A stretch of DNA of 64,000 nucleotides. It comes from a virus. The number at the start of each line of letters is the position of its first letter. The stretch's first letter is position 1. The notes beneath the pieces were generated by a model. It made no database searches, was not told the DNA's origin, and worked only from the letters and a program-made list of their open reading frames with translations. Positions 33,937 through 44,682 of the stretch are shown here, in pieces. The stretch lies in the IMG/VR virus record IMGVR_UViG_3300021594_000641, positions 1-64,000 of that record; one strand, given 5' to 3'. Made by a program: the position numbers and the translations under genes.

Positions 33937-35279
33937 GTGTAACCCATGTTACTGTGACAATTAGACGAATCCAAAACCCAAGCCTCAAACAAAGAACTGA
34001 AAACGTAAGTGCATATACCAGAACAGATATACTGGTTAACGCTTACGGCATTAGTACCAAAATTTCCGCAACTTGGAGTTGTGCCTGTGCCCGTGTAGCA
34101 CAATTCTGGAAGAATGTCTGGGTTAGGAAACTTCATCGCGTAGATAAATACGCGAGCTTGTAACATAGCAAAATCAACTTGCATAACGTATGGAGTAGCG
34201 TCAGAAACAACAGTTACGGAGCTAGCTACCTCGTAGGCGTATGGGAAACTCGTAGCCCTAAGCACAAAGCACAAGCTACCGTTACCAACATCTTTAGCTA
34301 TAATCTCATAGCCTGCGCTAGAAAACACTCCTAACTGCACTTTTTGATAGACAGTATCGCCTTCACCTGGACAACCTAAATTAAAGTAGTTGTCTAAGAC
34401 TAAAAAGTGATCTGCCGTGACACTGTTTTGTCCCGTCTTCTTGCCGTAAAGGCAATTACACTTTAGTTGCGCGCCTGAGCTGGCGCAGCCGCTGGTGTAA
34501 GTATCTCCGTTTTTTAGTCCTGGAACCGTCCACCAAGGAGGAGGCCCAACACAAGCGCAGTTGTTGTAGAACAAAGCTCTAAAGCATGTAAACATCCTGG
34601 TGCCGTCAAAAAACGAGCAGACAGGACCCGTCACAGACAAACCAGGCAAAGACTCCACTTCTGGCCCACAGCCTTCAAACCAAGGAGACGTTCCAGCGTT
34701 TATTTTTACGAATCTAAGATCGCCGTGGCAAACTACAGAAGATGGACTGACTGGTATAAAATCACTAGCGTAGCTTCTTCCGCAAGGTAGACACAGGTCG
34801 GCATCTTTTCTAACTAACGAAGTACTGACGTTAAAATAAGGTTGCCAGTACGAGCCGACTAAAACATTGAATTGCAGGTCTACCTGCGCTGTCGTGTTGT
34901 TTATCTGAGTAAACTTAGCCAAAATTTCTAAGAGAATAGAGCCGCCATCGCTGGTAGGCCTGGAACTTCTCTCCGCTCTACCTACCCAAATGTTAGCTGC
35001 GTACTCTTCACCTTCGCCTACAGGTGGGCAGGCTAGTTGTATTTCTGTTTCTTCAAAACCCCAAAACCAACTAGGAGACGGATAGTTGGAGTTCTCGTTA
35101 ACATATGTTTGATTGCCGGTGTTCAGACGGCAGGGGACGGTATAGAACGAAAAAGATATTCGGCCTGTTTTCATAGGCCAGCCAGCATTGCACAAAGAGC
35201 ATTCAAGAAAAGTACCGATTACTTCGTAGTAATCTTGTTTGCACAGATTGTATGCTACGGACTGAGTTTCTTGCGGCAT
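33852..35279 (-). CDS. Cys-rich putative tail-fibre-associated protein
   Basis: Many Cys; located in the tail module. Confidence 0.55.
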   Translation of the reverse strand: MPQETQSVAYNLCKQDYYEVIGTFLECSLCNAGWPMKTGRISFSFYTVPCRLNTGNQTYVNENSNYPSPSWFWGFEETEIQLACPPVGEGEEYAANIWVGRAERSSRPTSDGGSILLEILAKFTQINNTTAQVDLQFNVLVGSYWQPYFNVSTSLVRKDADLCLPCGRSYASDFIPVSPSSVVCHGDLRFVKINAGTSPWFEGCGPEVESLPGLSVTGPVCSFFDGTRMFTCFRALFYNNCACVGPPPWWTVPGLKNGDTYTSGCASSGAQLKCNCLYGKKTGQNSVTADHFLVLDNYFNLGCPGEGDTVYQKVQLGVFSSAGYEIIAKDVGNGSLCFVLRATSFPYAYEVASSVTVVSDATPYVMQVDFAMLQARVFIYAMKFPNPDILPELCYTGTGTTPSCGNFGTNAVSVNQYICSGICTYVFSSLFEAWVLDSSNCHSNMGYTCSCPSPPDPATLSPYPTEGQTYQMECR

Positions 35280-36520
35280 TACGGCACCAGATAGGCAGCG
35301 AAGTTACCCATGCTTATAACTCTTTCTACAGTTTCGTTTGAGTTTAGAATTTTCAATTTTAAACGCGCTCCCCAATCACCTCTAGGTGAACCGCAAAGAA
35401 AATAGGTTTTGTCTGGAAAACATATGCCCCTAATCTGCGGATTCCAGGTGTTTCCAATAGTGTTGTTCGGCCTCCAGAATCTTTTAGAACATATCCTTGG
35501 AGACTTAAGAGAACCAGGGCTTGCAGGGCTAGCTACCATATAAATGTGAACGTCAACGCTGTGAGCGTCCTTCCATCGCTTAACTGGCGGTTGAGGGTTT
35601 TCTGAAGATGTCCAGTCTATAGGCAGGTTTCCTGGGTCTGCCGCTGTCTGCGCTCCTTGGTCATTAGCTCCAACATAAAAGTTATTATTGAAAAAAATCA
35701 TATGACAAAGCCCGATGTACTGCCCTAAAGGCGTTCCGCTACTGTTGTAAGCGGTTATAGGCGTACAAAACGGTATCAGCCCTTTACCTGTGGGCAACCA
35801 GGTAGTAACTGGTGTCGCGCCCGAGTCTTCCCACCAGTCAGTTGCTTGAAAAGGTTGTGGTACGTCTGCATTCGTCCATATGTGTTTTGCTGGATAGCTG
35901 AATCCAAGGCTGTCTTTAGGACAGTTTGGTTCGCCGTCCGTAGTCATGTCCGTAACGCCTTCATCCGTAAAACACCAGTTAAGGTAGTTAGAATACTGCG
36001 CATCGCAAGACGTTCTTCTTTTAACTGTGTAATAAGCGTGATAGTTAGCTATACCAGGACCAACAGCGTACATTGGCGGGTCAAGCGGGTTTTCTATTTC
36101 TGGAGGGTGCGCGGCTGCTGAGTTAAGCTGTGGTGGGCTAAAAGGCGGGTGAGTTCTTCTAAACTTCCATTTGTCCAAGTCTGCGCTTGAAAAACGCAAA
36201 GTCGGCAAACTTTTAACTCTGTAAGGATTATGCTGATTTATTAAGTTTTCTCCAGAATGCCCGTAGACTGCTCCTGTTTTTTCGCTACCTATTCTCGAAG
36301 AGAGCGGAAGAAACAAGTCTTGTATGTAGCCGCTTTCAAGGGACTCAGGGTAAAACTGAGCTGAAGCACAGTTTCCTAAGTTATAAACTATAGGGTAGCT
36401 GCCTGTTTGAGAGCTGTGAAAAACATGTACGGTAGCTGTCTTGAAAGGTTCACAGACATATGACTGCTGAGAACCCCCACCACATTTGGCTAACAGTCTA
36501 TGTGCTGATCTGCCTCGCAT
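35279..36520 (-). CDS. Pro/Cys-rich putative structural protein
   Basis: ORF tightly coupled in the tail module. Confidence 0.6.
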   Translation of the reverse strand: MRGRSAHRLLAKCGGGSQQSYVCEPFKTATVHVFHSSQTGSYPIVYNLGNCASAQFYPESLESGYIQDLFLPLSSRIGSEKTGAVYGHSGENLINQHNPYRVKSLPTLRFSSADLDKWKFRRTHPPFSPPQLNSAAAHPPEIENPLDPPMYAVGPGIANYHAYYTVKRRTSCDAQYSNYLNWCFTDEGVTDMTTDGEPNCPKDSLGFSYPAKHIWTNADVPQPFQATDWWEDSGATPVTTWLPTGKGLIPFCTPITAYNSSGTPLGQYIGLCHMIFFNNNFYVGANDQGAQTAADPGNLPIDWTSSENPQPPVKRWKDAHSVDVHIYMVASPASPGSLKSPRICSKRFWRPNNTIGNTWNPQIRGICFPDKTYFLCGSPRGDWGARLKLKILNSNETVERVISMGNFAAYLVP

Positions 36521-36533
36521 AAATCAACTCCTA

Positions 36534-37625
36534 TTAACCTTCAGGAGGTGGTGGTTCTTCTGTAGTGGTTGTAGTGGTAGGTTCCTCAGTTGTAGTAGTT
36601 GTAGTTGTAGTGCCGCAGTTGTTTAAACAGTTCTGCATTGTTGAGTATCTTTGACTACTACTAGACGGTGTTCGCATAAAGTAATCACAGCCAACCACAG
36701 ATTGCTGCAAGGTCGGGTTGTAATAATTGTGGCAGTAAAATCCAGGACCTTGATTAATGTAACAAGCGGCTAAACAAGCTTCTTGAGTTGGATAAGCGTC
36801 CTTCGTTGATCCCGATGGTCGGGCGTCTGATTGAACACAGTTACCAGACACACACCACCACGGGTTAGGCGTATTACCGCCTCCTGCGCAAGCCGAATTA
36901 CAGTCGCTTGTTGATGCGTAAGGACCGCTCAAAACCGTCACAACACCGCTAACCCCTGGGAAAAACCAAGAGGTAACGCAGCCATACGTATCACTTTGCT
37001 CGTAGCGTACGCACCAGGTGGGTGGGCGGTCGTTGGGTCCTGGCTCGCAGGCGCCCGTGACGTAACCTCCCCACGAGGTTATTTCAAAAGGCATTTGGCA
37101 TATGCCGTTGTTGACTATTCCACTCATGTTGAATGTGACGTTTCCAGACCCATCAGTAGAGCACGAGCCTGTAACAGACGTAGCATTAGTTACTTTCCAT
37201 CTGTCAGTAAACGCTGAACCAGACAGGCTAGAGCCTTTACAAATGGGATAAAAGTCGTTTGCAGTGCTGGCTATAAACAAGCCAAAACTGTTTATGCCTG
37301 GAGCTGAGTAACTTATGCTTGGGCACGGACTCGTACGCCACAATGTCACAGGAGTTTCGCTTAATGGCCAATTTAACGAAGACTGACAAAATGAGTTAGG
37401 AAAAAAAGGATTAATGCTTGTAGCTGGGCCTATAGTGCCACTGAAATACAGAGGAAAGTCACAACAAAAACCGCAGCATAACCTAGACTGAGGAGCCGCG
37501 GTATCTAATGCTTCGGAACCTGTGCAATTAAAAGACTGCGTTGTCATGATTGGTACTGCACAATCAGTTGGTTGCCCTGACAATAAACACCAGTAACTAT
37601 AGAACCATAATAGGTTTGAGGGCAA
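36534..37625 (-). CDS. Cys-rich repeat protein with a Thr-rich C-terminal linker
   Basis: Three Y-x-(S/T)-x3-C-x3-C repeats; TTTTTTTTEEPTTTTTTEEPPPP. Confidence 0.6.
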   Translation of the reverse strand: MPSNLLWFYSYWCLLSGQPTDCAVPIMTTQSFNCTGSEALDTAAPQSRLCCGFCCDFPLYFSGTIGPATSINPFFPNSFCQSSLNWPLSETPVTLWRTSPCPSISYSAPGINSFGLFIASTANDFYPICKGSSLSGSAFTDRWKVTNATSVTGSCSTDGSGNVTFNMSGIVNNGICQMPFEITSWGGYVTGACEPGPNDRPPTWCVRYEQSDTYGCVTSWFFPGVSGVVTVLSGPYASTSDCNSACAGGGNTPNPWWCVSGNCVQSDARPSGSTKDAYPTQEACLAACYINQGPGFYCHNYYNPTLQQSVVGCDYFMRTPSSSSQRYSTMQNCLNNCGTTTTTTTTEEPTTTTTTEEPPPPEG

Positions 37626-38356
37626 CAGGCCATAGGTGTCTCTGTGCCGTCGCTGCCGTCCGCTCCGTCTGAACCATCGTCTCCTTTTATATTTGTATCA
37701 CGAGGCCCCCAGTTTCCATTCTTTTTCTTATAAACATCACCTCTACCAACATTTCCGTAAACTCCTGACCCTAGATAAGTTTCTCCTCTGTTTAGGTAAA
37801 AGTCGTTGTCTCTACCTATTGAGTTTGACGGAGGACCGTAACCGGATAGCCAGATACTTGGCTTGGGCACACCAAATTTAAAAGTAAGTACGCTGCCACA
37901 CTTGTCTTCAGACGGATACTTATCTCTTTTCTTAACAGAGGCTGTAGGTATCTCAGCAGCTGGTAGAGAAGAAGCTGAAGCTTCAAAGTCAAAATCTGGA
38001 CAAGGCAGCGATAGGCTTATCTGAAAATCATTGTCGTATTCGCATATGGACGAGCTAGAACTTTTATCAAGATTTACTATGAATCTTGGATTTGTAGCTT
38101 TCTTGGAGTATTCAATCTTTGACCCTGTGACGTTTAGATTGACTCTAGGGCAGGGTCCGTCCAGACCAGGCAAGCCTGCAACTCCGGCTGGCCCTACAGG
38201 GCCTATCTGCGGAAGGTCTATGTCTAAAACAGGGCAGTCCATTATAGGGGGCGGAATAAACGGTATTTCGCAGTCATCAACATAGGCAAAGGCATCAGCC
38301 GGTATTGCTGCTATGGATGAGATGCTGCATTTGCTTGTGTCAAAAATAGCTGGCAT
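37544..38356 (-). CDS. collagen-like tail fibre protein
   Basis: GPVGPAGVAGLPGLDG; WLSGYGPP...G.DNDFYLN...GDVY.K..G.W...NIKG fibre motif. Confidence 0.65.
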   Translation of the reverse strand: MPAIFDTSKCSISSIAAIPADAFAYVDDCEIPFIPPPIMDCPVLDIDLPQIGPVGPAGVAGLPGLDGPCPRVNLNVTGSKIEYSKKATNPRFIVNLDKSSSSSICEYDNDFQISLSLPCPDFDFEASASSLPAAEIPTASVKKRDKYPSEDKCGSVLTFKFGVPKPSIWLSGYGPPSNSIGRDNDFYLNRGETYLGSGVYGNVGRGDVYKKKNGNWGPRDTNIKGDDGSDGADGSDGTETPMACCPQTYYGSIVTGVYCQGNQLIVQYQS

Positions 38357-38376
38357 GTCTGGTTTCCTCAGGATAC

Positions 38377-39393
38377 TTACGCAGGGCAGCCAGCTAGTCC
38401 GTGACTGTCGCCTGATATGATTATCGTGTGCGCGTCGTTTCCTGGTTTTACCTCAACTCCTTGTCCGCCCACTATCCGCACTACCTTACCGCTAACTCCG
38501 TTTATTGATTGAAATATTTCTTTGCAGGCGGGTCCGCCTGTGTAGAACAAGCCTCCGTCTGGAGAAACTTCTTCTGGATAAAATTTAAACTCAGAACAAG
38601 GCTCTCCTTCTCCTGCGCCTACTTCTCCACCTATTGTCATGGAATTATCGTTAGAGTTTAACCTGAGGGTGCAGTTGAATCCTGGTTTTATTTTAACGTC
38701 TCCAAACAAGCACTCAGACTGCACATACACTAAATCGTCTACAGGCTCTACGTTGTCGCATCCAGCGACATTTGTTACCACGGTCCTAGACCTGTTAGCC
38801 ACGTTTATTGTTCTAACGTAGCCATCTGACAAATTTTGAATCAAAGCAGGCTCTACGTATATACCTTTAGTATTGTCAGCTACGGATTCTCCGTCAGGAG
38901 CCGCGTCAGCATAAAGAATAAAATTTTCTCCAGACTTGTGCAGCAAACCGTCATACACGGTTTTCCAAGTCAAAATAGTAGTGGGTATAAAAGAAAGATC
39001 GGCATAAGCCAGCTTTCCTATAACCATGAAGCCTTCCCATTTCACATCGTCGTTGCAGTACCCTTCCACCTGCGACTGCGTAAGATACTCTTCAGAAACA
39101 ATCTCGTTTGAAAATTGAGTAGCGTATTCAGGATCGCCAGTTCTGAACCTAAAAACCAAAGACTTACCAACTAATCCTGGAGCATCGCATTTAAAATGAA
39201 AAGTATAGTCGTCAGAAACTTTAGTTATTTGGTACAGCCATACTTTATGCGTTCCTGGAACAAACCCAGAGTTAGCCCGCATGGTACAGCCAAAGTCCAC
39301 TATGGCTTTGTTTGATAGAACAAAAGCTCCAGAGTCCTTTACAAAAGGATAAGCCCTAAACTCGTTATCAGAATAAAAACCTGCTCTGCTCAT
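38377..39393 (-). CDS. structural protein (N..R.YP paralogue family)
   Basis: FYSDNEFRAYPF; SINGV. Confidence 0.65.
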   Translation of the reverse strand: MSRAGFYSDNEFRAYPFVKDSGAFVLSNKAIVDFGCTMRANSGFVPGTHKVWLYQITKVSDDYTFHFKCDAPGLVGKSLVFRFRTGDPEYATQFSNEIVSEEYLTQSQVEGYCNDDVKWEGFMVIGKLAYADLSFIPTTILTWKTVYDGLLHKSGENFILYADAAPDGESVADNTKGIYVEPALIQNLSDGYVRTINVANRSRTVVTNVAGCDNVEPVDDLVYVQSECLFGDVKIKPGFNCTLRLNSNDNSMTIGGEVGAGEGEPCSEFKFYPEEVSPDGGLFYTGGPACKEIFQSINGVSGKVVRIVGGQGVEVKPGNDAHTIIISGDSHGLAGCPA

Positions 39394-40163
39394 TAGTTTC
39401 CTCCCAGCTGCTGACCGGCCAGTTCGATTCTTATCGAGTTTCCTCCGGCTTCTGGGTAAATCCTAAGAATAGTGTCTGCTGCTATTTCGTTATTAACAGA
39501 TAGCTGGAAGTCTCCGTAGCTGTTTGGCGGTATGTTATTTATTGTCTTTACAAAATTAGGAGTTGTGAAGAACTCTGTGCTTGAGCACAGCTTTCTTTTA
39601 AAGAGCGGATCACCTATCAAATCTATTCGTATAGAGTCGTCAGTGTCTTGCCTGACAGCTACTCCATTTTCTCCAACAAGCCAGATGTCGCCTGTAACCA
39701 CCGACCCGTCTGGAAGCAAAAATCCACTAACGTGATTTTGTGGCATAGGTATTACGGTAGAAGCCACAAACTCGGCGTTTATACCAAAGTCATGATCTCC
39801 GCTTTGCCAACTTTGAAAAACAGACAGTCTTTGTTCATCACTAACTATTATTCCCGCAGACCTTCCGTGTTTGTCGTAGAGAGGAACTTCTCCCACATCT
39901 CCAAGAGGGTCGAATGTTCCTGTTATTAAAACAGTGCCTGACGAGTTTCCTATAGTTAATATAACTTCCCGTATTTGAACTGATATTTTTTTAAGATACA
40001 TAGGAGACGCTAACCCAGCAGGGTATATGGCAGCGTCCAAAAAAATATCTTTGGGTAGGTCGTATCCGGTGTCTGCTTTAAGGCTTGAGGAGTCAGAAAA
40101 CGGATATCTGGTATCAGCCAGCTCGTCCCTATACTCAAGACCAAAGACTCTTTCTACTGACAT
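39393..40163 (-). CDS. structural protein (N..R.YP paralogue family)
   Basis: EYRDELADTRYPF; KTINNIPPNSYGDF. Confidence 0.65.
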   Translation of the reverse strand: MSVERVFGLEYRDELADTRYPFSDSSSLKADTGYDLPKDIFLDAAIYPAGLASPMYLKKISVQIREVILTIGNSSGTVLITGTFDPLGDVGEVPLYDKHGRSAGIIVSDEQRLSVFQSWQSGDHDFGINAEFVASTVIPMPQNHVSGFLLPDGSVVTGDIWLVGENGVAVRQDTDDSIRIDLIGDPLFKRKLCSSTEFFTTPNFVKTINNIPPNSYGDFQLSVNNEIAADTILRIYPEAGGNSIRIELAGQQLGGN

Positions 40164-40175
40164 GGCTGTCTCCGG

Positions 40176-42410
40176 TCATGCCTTCTCAATGTGAAAATAA
40201 GAAAACAGGGCAGGGCTCTTGTCTGACCCTACGCCAGAAACACCAACAGCTTTACCGTAAAGTGACGTTTGCGTAGTGACGGTCATCAGCCTTTCTGCTG
40301 AGGATGTATCTTCAAGAGCTACATTTATTTTTGCAGACTCGCTGTCTTCTCCAGGCTTTACTGACACAGACAGCCTGTACCATTTGTTCTTTTCTATCTT
40401 TATTTCAGAGGACGAACTTATTGGGTAAGCAGACTCCCCCGATATCTTTGAAATATTTACCTTTCCGTTCTCTTGGTCTAGTTCTACAAAAATGAACTCG
40501 TTATTTTTTGTTTCCAAATTAAACTTACTGTTAAGGACTATTCCGGCGTTGCTGCCTTCTTCAGGTATCAATATTTCTGAAGATATTAGTAAATTACTTG
40601 AAGATGTGTAACCGCAGTCGTGCCACAATGCTGAATTGAAATAAGTTGTGCTCAAAGCTCTATAGACAGTCTCCATAGACAAGAACCCAGAGTCTATCTC
40701 TGGAGGCTTTACTGTGTTGAATTCTCCTGAGTCTATGTACCACTTATCCGCAGTGTCATTGTTGAAATACAAAGTCACAGGTAAATCTTGACAGTCAAGA
40801 GTTATTACAGAAACACTTTCGTCTAACAAAGCGGCAGGTGTTGGAGTTGTCGTAGGCTTAGGTTCCCACTCTATGCTCATCTGGCCAGCAGGGTCGCAAG
40901 GCTTGGTCATGTCTGCAATAGCCGGGCAGTCATTATGAGTTGATAGCCTGACAGAAAGAGAAGTGCTGTGGTCATTTATAGCGTAAAGCTCAACTTTAAA
41001 AGTGCTGTTAGATTTAAAAGCGGTTCCTCCAAATTTTTGATTTATTTCTGTACTCTTTCCGTATTCAAGTTTAACTTTTTTAGAAGTAAAAATAAGCCTT
41101 TCTTTTAATGAGTCAAACAAGACTCTGTAGACCTTAACGTATATACGAACTTTTTTATATATTTCCAGAAGAGTCCCAGACGGTAGACTTACTTTAAAAT
41201 AAAAAAACCAATTACTTACAGGTAAATTAAAATCATGAGGAATAGGGTTAGGATCGCAAGGCACGTTAGAACAAAACTGTAGAAAAGGGACATCCCCGCA
41301 ATCAGTGTATGTATGTACATACGTTTCTAACTTTATTTCTTTTTTGGGGGCTATAGCTTTTTCGTAATAGCTTGGACCTCCCGGACAACAACAGTCTGCC
41401 CCAGGAGGACAGTCGCATCCGTGATAGCTTACTCTGCCATATTCGCCTATATGCCCAAAAGGCCTACCGGGAAGAAGTGGATAATAATGTCTGACTAGTT
41501 CACACTGAGGGTCTTTACTTCCTCCAAAATCTCCTGCGTCATCTGGAAGTCTGTTGGTAGCCGCGCAAGTATCTATAAGACCCAGCGGGTAATCTACGGC
41601 TATTCCTCCTATTTCATTTTCATCTTCATCAACATATTTGGCTGTTTCAAAAGGTTCTTCAAATATTATGTTTATATTCCCTGCGCAGTCTGGCACAGCA
41701 GAGTTTATGAACTGAATACCTTCCTTGTTGCACGTGTTGCTTTCAGGTCTTCCAGAGCAACTACCTCTGTACTTATCAAATACGTTAGTGTTAGGGTCTT
41801 CTTTCAATGCGACGACTATGGCTTGCCTTTCTATCCCGTCTATTAACTTTGTTTGTTTTGTTATTGATACATTGGTTCCTTCCTTTAGCTCTATCAGACC
41901 TTTAAACAATATGGAGCTATTTACTTTAGACAAAGAAGTCACGGGAAAGTTAGAATAGAACCTAGAAGTTTTTGGATTCAAAGACGACTGGCTAGAACTA
42001 CTAAACCTTCCGCTATACTCAGTGTTGGTGCCTTCTCCAAATACTATCCAGCCGCCAACTCCTTCGCTGAGAGGATTGACAGAATAAGGCTTACCTATCT
42101 GAAGAGGTTTTTTTACAGTCACGGCACAAACAGGAGAATACGTTTCTACGGCTACAGGTTGATCTGTGTCTGAATAGTTGGCCGGATGCTTTACTGCCAC
42201 AAGAGTAACTGTTACTAAAGTTTTAGTTACGTTTACGCCGCTGACCATTACCAGTGAGCCTAAAGACTTCGGCAGCCTAAGATTTATATCTGTAATTATA
42301 GTGTCAGACATGTTGACGCCGTTGTCGTCAACGCCCGTGACTCCATCGTCCAGAGGATACTGCCTGGTCGAATTAAGGTTATACCAGTTGTTGTTTACAA
42401 CCGAACCCAT
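40176..42410 (-). CDS. structural protein (N..R.YP paralogue family) with a C-terminal beta-sandwich
   Basis: NWYNLNSTRQYPL; FINSAVPDCAGNI. Confidence 0.65.
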   Translation of the reverse strand: MGSVVNNNWYNLNSTRQYPLDDGVTGVDDNGVNMSDTIITDINLRLPKSLGSLVMVSGVNVTKTLVTVTLVAVKHPANYSDTDQPVAVETYSPVCAVTVKKPLQIGKPYSVNPLSEGVGGWIVFGEGTNTEYSGRFSSSSQSSLNPKTSRFYSNFPVTSLSKVNSSILFKGLIELKEGTNVSITKQTKLIDGIERQAIVVALKEDPNTNVFDKYRGSCSGRPESNTCNKEGIQFINSAVPDCAGNINIIFEEPFETAKYVDEDENEIGGIAVDYPLGLIDTCAATNRLPDDAGDFGGSKDPQCELVRHYYPLLPGRPFGHIGEYGRVSYHGCDCPPGADCCCPGGPSYYEKAIAPKKEIKLETYVHTYTDCGDVPFLQFCSNVPCDPNPIPHDFNLPVSNWFFYFKVSLPSGTLLEIYKKVRIYVKVYRVLFDSLKERLIFTSKKVKLEYGKSTEINQKFGGTAFKSNSTFKVELYAINDHSTSLSVRLSTHNDCPAIADMTKPCDPAGQMSIEWEPKPTTTPTPAALLDESVSVITLDCQDLPVTLYFNNDTADKWYIDSGEFNTVKPPEIDSGFLSMETVYRALSTTYFNSALWHDCGYTSSSNLLISSEILIPEEGSNAGIVLNSKFNLETKNNEFIFVELDQENGKVNISKISGESAYPISSSSEIKIEKNKWYRLSVSVKPGEDSESAKINVALEDTSSAERLMTVTTQTSLYGKAVGVSGVGSDKSPALFSYFHIEKA

Positions 42411-44209
42411 TACGGCACCTTGAGGTACGTAGTGTTTGAAATTATTCCTTTAGGTATCACAGTTCCGTTTGTTCTAGCTGTCAGCTGTATAGTCACAAAA
42501 TCAGAATCAGTTATAGGATGCCCAGGAGTGTGCGGTATTTTATAATCCGCGTACAGAGGACCGCTGTAAACTATTTCTTGTTTTCTTTTGTAATTAGTCG
42601 CGTAATAGTCCGTGTTGTTCTCATACTTCACATGCAATGACTTCATGTTCACAGAGTAAGGGTTAGGATCGTCGACTAGTTTTATTGAGAAGCTGCCTAT
42701 ATCTGTAAAGGTAGTACTGTTTAATGCCCCAGCAGCTCCTGTTGTGCTTTCAGACGGTATGTAGGTAACGATTCCCTTGTCGGCAAATCTTGCTTGATCT
42801 ATGAAACCTATCCAAGCTCCAAAGTTTCCTCCTATTAGTCCTATGAAAGCTTTAGTGACAAAGTTTCCGTTAGGAGCGTCTAGTAGAGGAATTTCTCCTA
42901 TCCAAGTAAGGTCTTGGCTCTTGTAGAAAGATATATCGAATTTTACTTGAGCCAACCTTTGTTGGTTTATGGCGTTCCACTCCACATAATGGTTTGGCCA
43001 CTCTCCTCCTATGGAATAGCTAGTAGGTTTGTTGCCTTTACCGTCATATATAAAAAGGCTGTCTGGATTAATTCTTCCAACCAAGTCAGTCGACCCTGAA
43101 AAGTCTAAGTTTACTTTTACTGTACTTTTGCAAGCTTCTGAAGAGTTACACAGACCAAAAGCCACTTTGGCGCAAACGCTGTCTTTGAACCTGTACGGTA
43201 TTACAGATATGCTCAAAGGGCTGTAGCTGTCTCTACATAATTTAAATTGCTCAAGCCTGGCCACATTAGACGAATGATTAGTCCGAACTCTAGCCGCTGC
43301 CTCGCTTATTGTTTTATATATCTCATGAACTTTCTTTAGAGCTCTATACGTGTTAACGAAATCGTCGCAAGAACAACAAGGCAGGCAGTTGTTTCTAAGG
43401 CTGAATCCGTTGTTGTTTCCTATAAGTATTTTCTTGTTTTCTCCTGTTCCAGATGTTGTGCCAGTTCTTGCTGTCCAAAAGCAGTCTTTAGCTTGAACCA
43501 CGAAATTCCCATTAGCGTCTGGTCCAACACCGTTTATTCTTTTCAACTCAGCGTAAGTATCTACGCATCCTGGGTATTGTCCTTGCCCGTACCCTGGCAC
43601 AGCTTCAATGTATACTTTGTTTACCCTAGCTTTTCCTGCGGTTGTTACTGTTTCGGTATTATCTAGTTTGAAGTTATAGCCTGCTACAAACTCAACAGCG
43701 TTTTTTATAGTGTTACCGTTTACTATCAGACTAGTTACAGTTTTTGGTAAAAGCTCAGAAACCCTTTCGTCCAATATCGCGTTTTCTGGCTCTATGAATG
43801 AAGGGTAAGAAATTACGTCTTCCAAGTCATGTTGGCCATTATGCTGCACTATTCTGCATATTGCGTCTTCTGCTTTCCACTCGTGAATTGTAAAACGGTC
43901 TGACCAAGTATCTACTCTATATTCAGTCTCATCTGATACGAATACCGTAGAGCCGTTAGCGTCTACTACCCAGACCTCCGCTCTTTCTTCTGAAGGAGGC
44001 TGAGTTATATTTAGTACTGTTTTTATTTTTAAAGGTAAGACCGCGCTTTCTACGTTATGACACAAGTACATATCGGCCAAAAGCCGTGGCATCTCTGCGA
44101 CTTCATGAATAAATGGAAAGTGCTGCCCGTAAGGGTTAACGGCTATTCCATATCCTCCTTCCGCAACGACGCCCATTACTTCTCCTCGTTTGTATACCTC
44201 TTGAGCCAA
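42410..44209 (-). CDS. structural protein (same paralogue family)
   Basis: KRINGVGPDANGNF; PCCSCDDF. Confidence 0.65.
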   Translation of the reverse strand: MAQEVYKRGEVMGVVAEGGYGIAVNPYGQHFPFIHEVAEMPRLLADMYLCHNVESAVLPLKIKTVLNITQPPSEERAEVWVVDANGSTVFVSDETEYRVDTWSDRFTIHEWKAEDAICRIVQHNGQHDLEDVISYPSFIEPENAILDERVSELLPKTVTSLIVNGNTIKNAVEFVAGYNFKLDNTETVTTAGKARVNKVYIEAVPGYGQGQYPGCVDTYAELKRINGVGPDANGNFVVQAKDCFWTARTGTTSGTGENKKILIGNNNGFSLRNNCLPCCSCDDFVNTYRALKKVHEIYKTISEAAARVRTNHSSNVARLEQFKLCRDSYSPLSISVIPYRFKDSVCAKVAFGLCNSSEACKSTVKVNLDFSGSTDLVGRINPDSLFIYDGKGNKPTSYSIGGEWPNHYVEWNAINQQRLAQVKFDISFYKSQDLTWIGEIPLLDAPNGNFVTKAFIGLIGGNFGAWIGFIDQARFADKGIVTYIPSESTTGAAGALNSTTFTDIGSFSIKLVDDPNPYSVNMKSLHVKYENNTDYYATNYKRKQEIVYSGPLYADYKIPHTPGHPITDSDFVTIQLTARTNGTVIPKGIISNTTYLKVP

Positions 44210-44682
44210 TTACAGTTAGCGCACAGCAGCTGATAGTTTTCAGGATTCTTGAGCACCTTTCTATACCTTTGCAGAGAGTTAGCATTCCTTCTTTCCTTGG
44301 AGCCTCCTCCGGCTATGTGGTCTATGTGCAGCACGTCTCTTAACGATATTCCGCAAGACTTGTTTGCACACTTTCCTCCCAACAGCTCTATGACTTTTGC
44401 TCTCTCTGCCGCGCTCCTTTCCCTGAACGACTTACTCTCTACCCTTCTTTTTTCTTGCCTAATTTTTTTAAAGTCTTCCAGCTGCGTTCTCTTTAAGATT
44501 GCCCTGCTCCTGTCTGACATGCCTCCTCTTCTTTTTGGTATTTTCTTTATGCTCAAGCATACTTTGCATGTCTTCTTGTAATTGATTACTCCCCTGTATG
44601 TAAAAGTATCAAACTCAGACAGCGGTTTTTCTTTATTGCATACATTACAACGGGGCGCTGGAACTTTCGCATCCTGTGTCAT
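44176..44682 (-). CDS. HNH endonuclease (free-standing, homing-type)
   Basis: CNVC..EKPLSEF...CKVC; LGGKC...C...LHIDHI.GGG...YQLLCANCN. Confidence 0.8.
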   Translation of the reverse strand: MTQDAKVPAPRCNVCNKEKPLSEFDTFTYRGVINYKKTCKVCLSIKKIPKRRGGMSDRSRAILKRTQLEDFKKIRQEKRRVESKSFRERSAAERAKVIELLGGKCANKSCGISLRDVLHIDHIAGGGSKERRNANSLQRYRKVLKNPENYQLLCANCNWLKRYTNEEK

